From NCBI GenBank assembly GCA_030704615.1, contig CM060732.1, forward strand, positions 57,288,001-57,352,000: DNA of 64,000 bases, written 5' to 3'. Below, one piece after another: positions 48,631-61,890 of this stretch (position 1 is its first letter; each line of letters begins with the position of its first letter). Made by a program: the position numbers and the translations under genes. Source of the DNA: Takakia lepidozioides. Its lineage: Eukaryota; Plantae; Bryophyta. The notes beneath the pieces were generated by a model, which saw only the letters and a program-made list of their open reading frames with translations, made no database searches and was not told where the DNA came from.

Positions 48631-50699
48631 CTGGATTACATGGAGTCTGCTCCCTCACCCTTTGGGCAGGTTGTGCCATTTCCTCTTTCAGCACTGTTGT
48701 TTATGTTTTAGCACATTGTGAAATTGGGCTAATTCGCCATTTTGCTCGATATCCTCACAGGATGTTCGTCCCTCCGTCGGCAGACTGTCTACTTCTGAGG
48801 ACATGACATCTTTCGCCCATGCTGCAAACGTGGGATCGACAACCAAAAAGGTGTGGGGGTGAGCACGCCCCCCGATCCCAACGGACTCCTCCAGTCTCCC
48901 AACTGACTCCCACACAGTCTCCCAAGCATAGTCTCCCAACGGACTCACGCACAGTCTCCCAACAGAGTCACAGTCAACAGACTGCGAGCGCCAGTAAGCC
49001 AGTCTGCTGGTCAATCTGCTGCCCATCCAAAAGTCTGCTCACCACACTTCCACCTCATCCCTGCAACTCTTCCAGCAGACTGCTGGACAGACTAAGTCTC
49101 AAGCAGACTCATCCACAACAGCAGACTCAAAATGGACAGGCTCCAGTGGACTACCTCCCTAACGACTCATGCCAATCCAGCATCCCAGCGGACTCATGGA
49201 CATGGTGCCTACCAGACTAGGTACCAGACCCACCAGTCCTAGCCTCGGCAGCGTACTGCTCGCACATTCAAGCTCAGCAGACTCGGGTGCACAGTGCATG
49301 GAAAAATTGACACCATTGTGTCTATTGAGTTTAGTGACAACATTACAAAACATGCCAGCACCCACAGTACACAAAAGTGCTCATCACCACTGGAATAGAA
49401 AGACTAAAGACTCGCATTTTTATTTCGTACATAGACTTTCATAGGACAAGTACATCATACTCATGGAGCAGTTTCTCTACATCCTCTCACATGCCCCCCA
49501 CGCACGATATACTGGTCACACTGCATTCGCTGCCCTCAAGTGCAAACTGAAGTAAACCAGTCCTTCGTGAAAGTGTTCCTCTCTCTTCTCTGGCTTTGCA
49601 GTCCTGGAGACATTTGCTCTGACTTTTACCCACTCATAAAACACTTGAATGAATGAATGACGTAAAAACCACACTCCCAGCTGATGGTTTTTTGGGCACA
49701 TCAGGCTCGTGGAACTGAAATGCTTGGACATCTCATGCCACTCCGGTGAGTCCATCGAGTACCCTAAGCACTCAGCATGAAGCTTCCGAATCCACCCTAG
49801 AACAAAGGGACTTTATGTCGAGTCCCTGATAGAGTTCAGTGAGTGGACACAGCCCTTGCGGAGGTTGATGATACAAACACTCCAGTGCCCCCTGCAATGG
49901 TATCAAACAACATGGCGTCATTGCACAATCATGATGGGCAGACTCAGCAGACTGACACTCTCAGCAGACCGACCACTCAGCAGACTCAATCTTCAACCTA
50001 GTCCACTCCACACAATACATGAGGGTCAACTTGATCCCTCAGAGTCAGACGACACTGCGAAACCCGACTATGACTCAGGAGACATTCTCAGCAGACTCCA
50101 AAGTGTGCTTACTCTCGTCCCCAATTGGCACCAAAATGAAATCGCACTCTTTCAAGTCCACCACCCATCGTTTAGTGCTAAGGCAATTTCAAGACCTCCA
50201 GAAGGCTTTCACGTTGCCCGTTTGCCCCCACCCCCAATGACTTAAACACCGTCCACGTCGCCGTTGGAACAGAGCACAGCAATAATGTTGGTGAACGCAG
50301 CCTCAACCGACTTCTCATAGAATCGACACCACAGCTCTAGGAGTCTATCTGTGCACTCCAACTCAACCTTGGGCGCCTTTATGTCATCCGGCGACAGTCC
50401 ACATTCAAACCGTGGTGTCCCCTTCAAAAAACATCAGCATGGAATTACCCCACCCACCCGCCTTGACGTGCAGAGCATGTGCTTTGCCAAACCGAGCACC
50501 CATCCTGCACAGAGCAGACCATCCTTCGGGAAGCCTCATGTACTGAACAGACCGACGTCAACATGGTACCAAATACTCTACAGACTTACAGTTCATCAAA
50601 CTGACAAGACTAACCACAACAGACAATGATGAAACCAGCAGCAGACTGACCAGCGTGCAGACTGACCACAACAGAGCGCAAAGCACTTAACGACAAAGA

Positions 50700-53600
50700 C
50701 AGACGAGGAGACTGAGCACAGTACTCACCTGTGCTGCTCAAGAAACACCCACACTCGTTTGTCCATGTCCAAGGCCAGCTTGCGTTCTTGTTCATAAAGA
50801 CGCCAGACCTTTCTTCGCCGGTCTCTTGGTACTCGACCCTCCTCGACCTCCTCAGCATGGTCCACGAGAGTCCGCTTCTTGGCTTTGCCTCTCCCCTGGG
50901 AAGCAAGGACAGCTGTAGGCGGGGGCTGATAGAACAGACAAACGCAAATCTGCCTGCCCGCCTACTTCGCAACAGAGGCTGGTCACGGTTTTGTTTACTT
51001 GCTGGACCGTCTTTGCAGCTTCGTGGGTCGCATGCATAGAACTGACCCGCGCATCGGAGACTGTGCATTAGTCTATTGCGGACTTGTATTTCAGAAAGGG
51101 ACAATGCTACCAGAGGAATTACAGACTTATATTTTCTTCTTCGTGACACCTACACAACGTGAAACCTTGTCTCTTTTCGAGGCATTGCAGACTTATATTG
51201 TCTTCTTCGTGACATCTACACAACCTGAAACCTTGCGAATTTTCGAGTATATTGTGCTGCAGGTGCAGGTGCAGACACCCCTCTTGTGGTTCTCTTCGCA
51301 AAACCCTAGGCCGGGTGTTTTCCAGGCCCCACGAAATCTCTTCTCCTTTTCAGAGACATGTTGTTGTTGTCGTTCAGAAGGACGGAAAGCCTTCGCCTGC
51401 CCCATGGTGCAACATTTCAGCCGCACTTTTCGCCAGGATATCAACGAGCTACCCTCTGCACATACGAAGAGCAGATCGGGCATGTGCCTCCAGGTATTTG
51501 TCATCATCTACAATGCGAAGTATGTCCGCGAATTCTTGTTCCATTTAGGCTGAGACCTCCAGAGGTGCTTCGTCGTAGGGGAAGTCATCCGGAGGATGTC
51601 TTTCCATGAACTGATTGGGATTCGTCGTTGCCGCCGGCACCATTGCCCAAGAGCAATTAGGTAATACTCCATGAATGGTTCCCAGCGCCGTGCCACAAGC
51701 GCGCACAAGGAGGCCATCCTGCAGGTCAGGGTGAAGCATCTTCAGGACACGGACCTGATGCTTGCATAAGTTTCCCCTTCATTGCCTATGGGCACGTGCA
51801 ACAACCCCAATCGCAATCAGGTTGTAAACAATGTATGTTGTGCCGGGGTGGTTGCTGCTGAGAACGTAGGCTGGTTCACCACGACCCAGGGAAGATGTAC
51901 ACTCTCAGCAGAGAATGTCTCGTGCCGCAAGTATAGAACTGGATATGTATTTTTTGTGTTTGTCATTTCTTTATGAACCCGTGGGTCTTCAAATGGATTG
52001 CGTACCAGTAGTGTATTAGCACACGGCAGTGAGTTCCCATATAGCCAGTCCACTCTACGACCACTCATCTTGCCTTCCTCATGGCCAGTCTTGCCTTCAG
52101 ATTTTCCATGGTATTGCCTCAATGCTTGCGTTTTGTGTCTTGGCTCGCATGAGGGACTGGCGGGCTGCTGTACACCACATTGCTATTTTGGGCTTTCCAG
52201 TACTGTTCGATATAGTCAATAAATTCATGTCCTTTCGGATTTTTTGACCTCATACGACGGATTCTCCTTGCAACCCACCGAAGCGCAATTTTCTCGTGCT
52301 GGTCCCCCTCTACCGTACATGAGGTCTCCCATATCCTTCAACAAGTTTATTAGCGGTCACCCGGCTCCTTCGTTTTCTTGCATGATTGCTTCACCATGCC
52401 TTGCGGACATGCCAAAGGCAGAGGAAATGAGTATTCCTTTCAAAAACAATTCTGCCCACACATGGTACACATTAGAGTCTTGTGATCGGACTGCAATGGT
52501 GGACTGCCGGAGTGGGACTGTAACAGCGACCTGTATCAGCGGGCAGAGCCACTGGACTCTCCCAGTGGACAGTACAATGCCATGACGTTGATGTGCTGAA
52601 TTACCCATTGGACTACCCAATGGACTTCCCCATTGGACTTCCCCTAGCTAGGACTGGGCAAACAGCGGACTGCATCACAGACCCACAAACAGCGGACTTC
52701 CCGACGGACTTGCTAGGGATTGCCGATGGACTTGGCAGCGGACGGCCGACCCCAGGGACTGCTGAGTGGACTTGGCAGCGGACTTGGCCGGACTGCCGAG
52801 CTGACTTGCCAGGACCTGCCGAGTGGATTTGCCAGCGGACTGCGTGAGCACTTGCTGGGGACTGCCACAGCGGACTTGCCAGGGACTGATGAGCGGACTT
52901 GACAGCGGACTACCAGTGGATTTGCCTAGCGATGCCATCGGTTTTGCCACAGGAATCTGCCAGTGGACTGTAGCAATGGACTGCTGCAGTGGACCTTGAC
53001 AATGGACCTGTGCTGTGGACCAACAGACTTACCGAATAGCGTTGATTTCTGCTTCGGCATTGTCCACATGAAGGCATTGGTCACCAGCTCGGCAAATCTG
53101 CGAGGAGTGAATCGCGCAAGGCTCTCGCCACGGAACCAGGTCTCTTTGTCCGATTCCTCGGCGGATAGGATATAGACACACTGGTATAAACCGTTCAACC
53201 ACTCGTCGAGAGACCATCAACGTGTACAATGGGAACTGTTGGAATGCACAATGTAAGATGGTCAGAGCATGCAAATTCCGCTCATTCTGCACGAGAAGAC
53301 TTCATAAGAGTGATGAGGTCTGCAGCGGTTCACAATGGGTCTGCCCCAAGTCCATGGAATCGTTCAAATAGTACCTTGTCATGATTTGTCCCAAAGGTTG
53401 CATCACACATGCAACGATACGGTCATGTCCTAGTTCCAACATTCGTCGTTTCTGGCACGGAGTCTGTATGGCCAATAGTGAATGTCAAATCTCCATCAAA
53501 ATGCTCGATGTTGGCTCTAATTTCTCCTCTTGATAGAAAAAAACGGACGCGGGATTCTGGTCTCTCCACCTCCCATGCACACACTCTCCGCATCATTGGC

Positions 53601-54530
53601 GTGTTTTTGAAGGTTTGGCCACGCACTTTTCTCGGCAAGGTTGCAAACATCTTGCCCAACAAGAAATCACGCGGTCCATGCATCGCCCAAGCCGTTGTTG
53701 TTCATCATGTTCTCTTTATATGCTCCATCATGATTTGGGCGACCGACAGGCCTCGGCACAAAACTCGACGACCCAGGCTTTTCAAATCGCACTTGCTAAT
53801 TGTGGCGTAGGCGCGGCGGGTGTTCCTGAACCCTCGGACTTCCCATGCGAGGGTTTCCCTTGCGCATCTGTATGCTCCATGTTGTGTAGTACGTGAGGAC
53901 ACAGATGTCAGGGGGAGATAGCATTGCTGGACCTTGAAAACAGCATTGGCAACCACGCTTGTAAGACTCTCCATACTCCGACTTCTTCTCCTTGGGCCTT
54001 TGTGAGGACAAGATGTTCCAGTTCCAGCACCCACAAGAGGTCCTCCACGCTTCTGTTTTGGATCCTCCATATTGCCTTGTTGGTACGATTGTCATCAGGA
54101 CCGTAGCAGCATTGATAACCTGGATAGAAAAATTCTAAATCGATATCCAACGACTTGAGGAGCATAAAATCAGAGAACTCATGAAACAAAAATGGCAACA
54201 GATATGCAATGAAACATCAAAAGGACTGAGGATGGTGCACACATAATACTGGACAGAATTTGTTGGCTCTGGGTGCTTTTCGCGAGCCGGGTTCCACTTT
54301 AGAATGGACATTCACCCAAAACTGAGTGGGGTAGTCATCCAAACTCTCCTCTCCCAGGACAAAGTCACCAACTCTATCCCAAGGAATGCAGGCCTTTTCA
54401 ACATTCACTCGCACACCCATAAACCCATATTGCGTCTCACTCTTCCAATGGAGATCCTTCCTGTTGGAAGGGTCCTGGTTTTGTTGTTTGCAAACATTGT
54501 CGAAGAGGCCGTTATAAGCGGGCTTTTCAT
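50700..54530 (-). pseudogene. MULE-type DDE transposase with SWIM finger, frameshifted
   Basis: Ordered minus-strand motifs: DLHW...ACIPWDRVGDFVLGEE..YPTQF; YQCCYGPDDNR; KRGCQCCF; RGLSVAQIMMEH; RDFLL; DATFGTNHDK/FPLYTLMV; VDNAEAEINAIR; SIE/QYHG...RRVDWL; SWIM CTCP*AMKGNLCKH (~51765-51805). Confidence 0.85.
52590..53030. repeat. GCGGACT(TGCC) motif array inside a transposase intron
   Basis: More than 15 ggact-containing short repeats between two transposase exons. Confidence 0.7.
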
Positions 54531-55125
54531 GATCAGTATATCATCGGGTTTGGCTTCCATGTCCATGCCCTATACAGTACAAAGGACACACTTCTAAACA
54601 TGCAAGAAACACGCGCTGCAGTACAGGCACGATCGACAACGTGCCAGGAGAACAGTGCGCATTTCGCGGCTGCTGCTGGCAAATGGCAGGCGGCAGGGAT
54701 AAAGGTTTTGAATGCAGCCCTAAAAAAAGGGAGGGTTCGAATGGTTATGGGAATGGACGGTGGCGATCCTACGCCGTCAGCGGACTGGATGGCAGGGGAC
54801 TGGCCAGCGACTGGCAGACTGTGGCAGCGGACTGGCGGGCAGACTGCGGTACTGGTGGCAAACTGCTGGGCAGCAACTGGCCAGCAGTGGACTGGCAGAC
54901 TTGAGGGCAACAGACTCATGGCGGGGGACTGGCCGGCGCGGGCGGACGTGGGCGCAGGCGCGATTGCTGCAGCTGCGCCCCCGCGGCTAGGCGACCGCGC
55001 GCATGCGGCGAGCGGGGCTGGGGCGTGTGCTGTGCAGCCGGTCCCGCATCCGTGCGTGGGACCCCCCGCCACATCGCACGTGCCCATTGAAGACCCTATT
55101 ATCTTAAAATGAGAGGCGCCCTGGG

Positions 55126-58100
55126 GCCTCTCATTTTACAATAATTGGGACGTTACGCGGCGCACTGCGCGAGCTGACCGTGGGCTCCCGCGCACAGATG
55201 CCCGGCTCCCCCGCCGCTGCGCGCATCGCCCCCGGCAGCACCCCCCTTGTGCGCGGCCCACCAGCCGCACCCACGGCAGCCCCCCCGCAGTCCGCCCAGC
55301 CATCCCTGCCCCTGAGTCCAGTTCCCCTCAGTCCGCCAAACCGCCAGTCTGTCGGCCAGTCCCTGCAAGTCCACCCAACAGTCCGTTGTGCCCGTCTGTT
55401 GCCCCCTAGTCTGTCAGCCCGCGCCGGCTGAAGGATCTGGATCGTCCATTTTGAGAAACCTATCCGCGCCATCCATGTTTAGGGCATGGGAAATTGCAAC
55501 ATCTTGCCACGAACTCGCCCCCTCGTTCTTGCATCTCTTTGTTGTCTGTCCAATCAGGCGGAGTTGACTTTGCACGCATGCGGCTGGTTCTTCTTGTTTA
55601 GGGCAATTTTAATGACGATGAAGGGTGTGCTGAACATGAGAGGGCTGGCGGGGCTCTACATCCACCATCGTGCATATGCTTCCACTATTTTCGCCTTCAT
55701 TTTGTGCTGACGTGGTTATTTTTTAGGACGATATGTGGAAAAATTGCATGCGTTTACAGTTTGTGGTGTGTGTCTAATTCCGAGCTCTTTCGTATGGAGC
55801 AGGAAACCATTGGTAACAAGATAGCGGAAATCGCGAAAGCATGTGCACGTGGGGGCATGTATACATTTCAGAATTTATGTCCACTGATGAGACTGTTCAG
55901 GGGAGGACTTCTTTGCCACCACACCTTCTGGTAACTACTGGCGGAGAGTGTGAATGAAACAGGATCCACCGAAAGTCCTCAAACATCCAGATGCACCTCC
56001 TGAATCATCATATCTCAACCACTACTGGCTCCTTGAAAATTGGACAATGGGAAAGGAGACGTAGCCTGAGAGATGTGGATTCACGTTGCTTGTGGATGTT
56101 CGAGGTCCTTACGACTGCAAATGCGCGTGGATGAACAGGCTCTTCGACTGCGTCTTTGTCAATACTTTCTCTAAGCAGTGTGTTGGGCCATGAGTATGGG
56201 CATATGTAAGTCTGCTGGACGGATGAAATGCAACCACGGCATGACAAACGTGGTTCTGATGGGATATCAGTTTGGTCTGCTGGACTGTTGGTATGTAGGT
56301 ATACCAGTCTGTGTTGGCGCGAGTCTGTTCTTCACTGGACTACTGGGTCGTCATTTTGGAAACAAATCAGGAAGAGGGCAAGTCACATCCCAAACTTGAT
56401 CTAATCCTGAATGAATATAAAGATATGTTTCATGATGGGAGTCTGCTGGGAAAGAGTCTGCTGGGCAAGAGTCTGCTGGATGCCAGATTGAGTGGGCTCT
56501 GTGTCCACCGAGTCTGCAAGTCAGTATGGTGTTGACCAGAGAGTTGGTGCATGCCTTGTCTGCAAAGTCCACTGCTGCTATGGCGTCTGCTGAGCCAGGA
56601 TACTTGAACAAGATGTATTCCCGCACCCGCTCCACTTCCCAGTGCACCGCATTCAATGCTAAAGGAGGGTCGGAGCTCGCCGTCCGCCAAGCACACTTGG
56701 CCTCCCGAATACTGGCTTTGGTATATGACATAAAACCCAAAAACTCAACATCGGACTCACCAGCAACAGACTCATGGCAGCAGACTCACCAGCAGACTCA
56801 CCAACATCGTGGCAACAAACAAATGAACCGTCGGACTCCAGCAGACTCAACGGCAAGAGACACCTGCGCACGTATAGTAGACTGAACCAGCAGACTCTAT
56901 GACAACAGACACCTACGCACCTACAGTGGACTGCGGGAGGGGACTATACTACTGGACTCAGGAAGCAAGATGAGCAAACTCATGGGACTGACCAGCAAGT
57001 CCACAAGCAGACTGATGCAGCAGACCGAGCAGGTAGACTACCAACTGTGGGGACAGACTGGGCATTACCTCGTCGTCGTCGACACAGATGTCCTCCTCAT
57101 CTTCAAGGGAGCTCAACCAATTTTCCTCCGCCGCTCGGATGGTTCTGCTGAGCTGTCCGGACTGGGCAAAACTGTAGAAAAAATGGAAGAACTTTGGATC
57201 GTCCACTGGTGGGCGTACCGATGGGAGAAGCCCAAATGGTATCAGGTGCAATGTGCCAGGACAGACTCCACTGCTAGTCTCTTTTTACTGCACTTTGTCC
57301 ACATGAACCCTCGACTGGTCAGGCAAGACAATGTCGACGAGAGATTAGACCCCTCCCTAACCTGCGAATTCATCATTTCAGATGATGTCTGCAGACGGCT
57401 CAGCAGACTGACTCTCACTTGAACTACTGATGGTTTGCGTCTACTGCGTAGACCGTCTCCCTGGCATAGCCCGTGACACTTCCCGACTGTCTTGGGGACG
57501 AGTCTGCTGTTGAGATTTTGCCCTCGCCTCCCGAGCAGAACTTGCAACCTTTTCTCTTTCCTTCTTCTGGGCCCCATCACTAAGTTTCTTTTTTTCTGGG
57601 AGCCATAGGCAATGGCGATGTTAGGTCATGCATATCTTGCATTGCAACAGTAGAACCCACCCCATACCATGCACGCACTTCCGCCAAAGTACGGGCCTTT
57701 GGGTTTGCGCCGCGGAGTCTGGCGGTGGCCGCATTCACCATCCTCATTGAACTTTGAACTGGCCATGGCTTGAAGCCAGGTGGGATGTGGCGCTTGTTTT
57801 TTTTTTGGCAACCCTGTCAACACAATGGCGGTTTAGCTCGCACTTTGTCCTTGATAATTTCACTACAGAAGGACAGTGGAGCTTATCCTTCTGCCAGTTG
57901 GAGTCTGTAGGCTTGATTACGCGTAGGTCTAAGAATGCTTTGACTTTTTTTGCATCATACTCCTCAGGTGAAGTACCATCCTTCGCTCCTTAGCCTGGAC
58001 TTGTGGCACGAAATGCAACCATTCTGCTCCACCCTTTTCACAAGCATCCTCTATGGCTACAGAATCAGACAAGAGATGCAGCGGCAATGAGCGACAGACA

Positions 58101-60200
58101 TACGAAGAATAAGAAAGCAGAGAAGACCGAAAAAAGAAATGGAAAGAAACCAAAACACAAAGAAGAAAGTTCACCGGGCGTGTTGCGGAGACGATGGTTG
58201 TTGCGACGATTCGGTGTTCATAGCGACTGTCCGCCGCCTCGAAAGCTACCACACAAAAGAAAGCGGGCTCGCACAAATGGGAGGTGGACGGGCCTAAAAC
58301 GAAACAGTGCGAAAGAAGTCCGCGGAAGTGGGACAACAGGTCATAACCCTGCATGCCGACCATGCCACGAGTGACGTGACGAGATTTCACTGGCGCCCCT
58401 TTTTGGCCGCCATCGCAGTAATAGTTTCAGACCCCTCACACGTGCTGTCGGTATGCCACGTCAAGCACGACATCCAGCAGACGGAAGGTTCAACAGAAGA
58501 AGAAGAGATTGAGGCAGACGAAATGAGTGGGACTATCGTCAGTTTGTCGTGGCCGCATTCATTAAGACCAGCTTGGCTGGCTTTACTCCTGATGACAAAG
58601 AACGCCGAGCAGACCCATTCCCCTCGACAATAGACTCATATGCCCGCCAGCAAGGATGGACTGACACTGAGGTTAAGCGAACTGACAAAGAGACTCAGGC
58701 AAGTCGGAGTCTTGTGCGGAGATTGATGATGTGGCGCGATGTGACTGGGCCTCATTACCACCGTCGTTGCATTTATTGCGTCCAGCAGACTTACACCGAA
58801 TGACATACGCCGACAGACCCACGGCAAACAACTTGCTCAACAATAACTCAGATTCCACTGCAACGGACATCCAGTAGACGGAAGGTTCAACAGACTGACG
58901 AAGAGACTGGCACAGAGTACTTGCGCGACAACATACTGATTTTCTAACAGACTAATATCCCAAAAGACAAAGTATCCCCTAGGCGGCCGGGTGATACAGG
59001 AGTAGACCTTGAACCGTAAACCGCACTTTCTGTCCGAGTTCGGACGCGGCGCGAGATCACTGGCGCCCCTTCCCGCCATCGTTGCATTAATAGGTCCAGC
59101 AAACTTACACGTGATCATAATGACGACTCAACAGACCTAGCGCAAACAGACTTGCGCCACAGCAGACGGACTTCATGACAATCTAGCTGACTGATATCAG
59201 AAAGAGCGGACAAACCAGTAGTCCGACGGCTCAGCAACTCACGACAATGCGGATAATTAAAAGGTAGTAGTTAAACGGACTCATATCCAAAGAAACGGAC
59301 TTCCAGCTGTCTGACGGTTCAACAAACTGACGAGAGAAGAGACTTCGAGGATAAGACGAGAGAAGACGCTTCGGAATTCGACATGTATGTGGAAGGGGAA
59401 TGCTCAGTCTGGTTAGCATACTAACGCTGAACATGGATAAACTAAGGGCCAACATGCCGTTCCGCCCGCCCACGAGAGTGTCCACCAGACTCGACAGCAG
59501 ACTGACCAGAGTGACGAGCAGACTAATCACCAGGCTGACCATACTGAGGATACTGAGCAGCAGACTGACGCTAACATTTGCCAGACTGAGGGCCAACATG
59601 TCCGTCAACAGAGTCTGTCATAGTGCCCTTGGCTACAGCAGGTCCGGACTTGGGCGTTAAGCAGGGGAGCAGTACCCCATGCGCTTCCTTCCAATGACGC
59701 CCTACATGTTGTGCCCTAACGTCTTTCACCTCTATGATTTCAGATTTATTTTCAATTTCCGTGTATTGACAGGATCTGTTGTACCTACAGGATGTCCGCC
59801 CCACAGACCTCAGGACACCATTTCCCTCCCAGGCAATTCCACAACCCGTCCATGGTTCTCACGTTGGCTCCACAACCAGAAAATGTGGCTTTTTTACAAC
59901 GCCAACAGATGCACGGATTAGTTCAACGCATGCGACCCGTGAGGCTGCCAAGACAGGTCCTGCAAGTGTGAACAAACCTGCAGACACAGTCGTGTTGCGA
60001 AGCAGGACCGCATCACTTCGTCAGTCTGCTGAATCGAACCCGGCCACAGTAGTCGCCGAATCCCAGGGCACAAGTAGAGCGAAGAAGCGGACTGTCGTGG
60101 AGCAGACTCATGAAGTTTGGGAGGGTCCTGTTGTGAAGAAACCTGCGAAGTGCTCACACACTACACAACCTTTGAGAATAGTGCTTCGGGAGTCATAGTT
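55126..60200. mobile_element. Mutator-like element B, rearranged sister of A
   Basis: Starts with a related TIR gcctctcattttacaataattggg. 55560-56300 parallels A 43480-44300 directly. 56520-59220 parallels A 44300-46560 inverted (EDACEKGGAEW, PPVDDPKFFHFFY..AQSG, EVERVREYILFKYPGS). 59900-60140 parallels A 50815-51060 inverted. Right TIR not seen. Confidence 0.8.
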
Positions 60201-61510
60201 TCGTTTTGCGAAAATATGTGTGGGTGCGGGATTTTAAAAAAGAATCATGATAGTTGGTGTGATGTTGAAATTATTCACATATTGGCATCACAGTTAGTAG
60301 GGGTTAGTGTACATGTACATGTTCCTGCATATGATAGGATAATCCGGGTATCTGCAGTTTAAGCCCTATAGATTTACAATTTCGCATTGTGAAATTAAAA
60401 TTAAAAATTAAAGTGTCAGAAGTGAGAGTTTCGTCTCGTTAAATTATCCATGGGACATGACAACGTTCGCATTAAATTAATCAAACACACGCTGGCCTTA
60501 CAATTCTCTGGACAATCTTCTTACAACATTCAAGGTCTCTTGGAGTCTCAGCGCCCTTTTCTCAAGTCTATCATGGAAAGGGCCTAGTATCAAGTTCGCA
60601 TAACGTGAGAAAATCCCACACCTATAGGGTAACATATTTATCGTGTATAGGTGTTACTTGTTTATTAAGTGATGTTGTGAGGGCCTATGTGAGCAGTTAA
60701 AAATAGTTTCACCATTTTTTTAGTTTCTCAATTTTAGTTTCACTGAAAAATATTCGAAATACATCTTAGGAATATTCGCTTGTGCTCACTCACGACCCAA
60801 CCTCCATGGTAAAGACATACAGCGCCAATCTTGTCGGCCCGCCGCAAAGGGTGGGGCCCAAATCAAACCCCAAGGGTAGAATAAGGCCAAATAATTTGTG
60901 GTGGGCCACTCAAATTTACATTTCTATTCTCACCATTTTTTCGCACTATATGGGTCTCCAAACCTGGCCCGCGAGTATGTTTGGATCCTTTTGTGACACA
61001 TATTTGCAACCCAGCCCAGCCAGCCTAGCTACTACGCGCAAGTTGCCCTAGCAGCGACTCCACCCAAGCTCTCGAGAGCACCAAAATACCTAGGGCAACA
61101 AAAGCACCTGGGACGACAGCGAAGGGGAAAAAATTATGTGGAAGACGAGGAGATGACTACGTAGCAAGGTGGCCCCAAACTTGCCAGCAAGGCCAAGGTA
61201 ACAAGGCACCCGCTTGCACGACATGGGGTTTTTTCCTACTCTTCCCCTAGCTTGGAAACTGGCCCTTGCGAACGGGCTGGTACAATGCATTGGGGCATTT
61301 TGGCTTGCACCTTAGGATATGCTCTTCCCTAAGTTATGTACTTCCATGAGGCCAAGGTGTACACCTTCCCATCAGAAGGCAATAACTCGGGCCTTAGGAG
61401 GGTTACGTGATACCATAATTTACGGCTGTGGCACGAAAAGTCCTCCATTTTTTTTTTTTTGGCCCCTATGGCCTTGGGCAGGAAATAAATTGAATGGGTT
61501 CCATTTTGTT

Positions 61511-61890
61511 ACCAACAGTCGGTTAGTTGGATAGTACACTCAGTGCCACCCATATGATTCTGGGGTCAAATCCTGCTACCTTGATGGCTGTGGTATGTTC
61601 TTCTCCCCTTCCCCTTGGGCGGTGTCTCGTGTGGAAGCCTTCATAGTGAGGTTACTCCGAAAGATATAGGGCCCACCCTCGAAAGGGGGCAGTAGCCATG
61701 AGGCGAAGTGGCTCTTAGTTACGCCGGCCGTAGGCCGGCGTCTTCTCTCTCTTCTCTCTTCCCTCTCTCTCTCTCTCTCTCTCTACTCTGAAAGAGATTA
61801 TTTTTTCCTCTCACTATAATTAAGGGGCCTGATTTGTGAGCTCTCGCTCCCAAGGTGTTTCCCCTTTACTGGGAAAAGAGAACAAAAAAA
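61511..61890 (+). mobile_element. tRNA-derived SINE, family 1 copy 2 (longer, with extra ~145-bp middle including (CT)n)
   Basis: accaacagt...ctggggtcaaatcctgctac...ttctccccttc...gaagcctt...gagg and ctcactat...aaggggcctgatt...cgctccc.aggtgtttccc plus A-rich tail match the reverse complement of 16577-16804. Confidence 0.8.

Larger units (their letters stand above)
43122..55117. mobile_element. Mutator-like DNA transposon A, ~12.0 kb, structurally complete but degenerate
   Basis: Long TIRs ~43122-43405 and ~54713-55117 (cctctcattttaagataatagggtcttcaatgggca vs tgcccattgaagaccctattatcttaaaatgagagg). Candidate 9-bp TSD gccttgggg (43113-43121) / gccctgggg (55118-55126). Internal DDE-SWIM transposase remnant. 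Confidence 0.88.

Noticed and set aside
55105-55138. 13-8-13 palindrome resembling a loxP/dif-type recombination site
   Set aside because: Explained by two related TIRs abutting across a TSD. No tyrosine recombinase motif was seen in the window.
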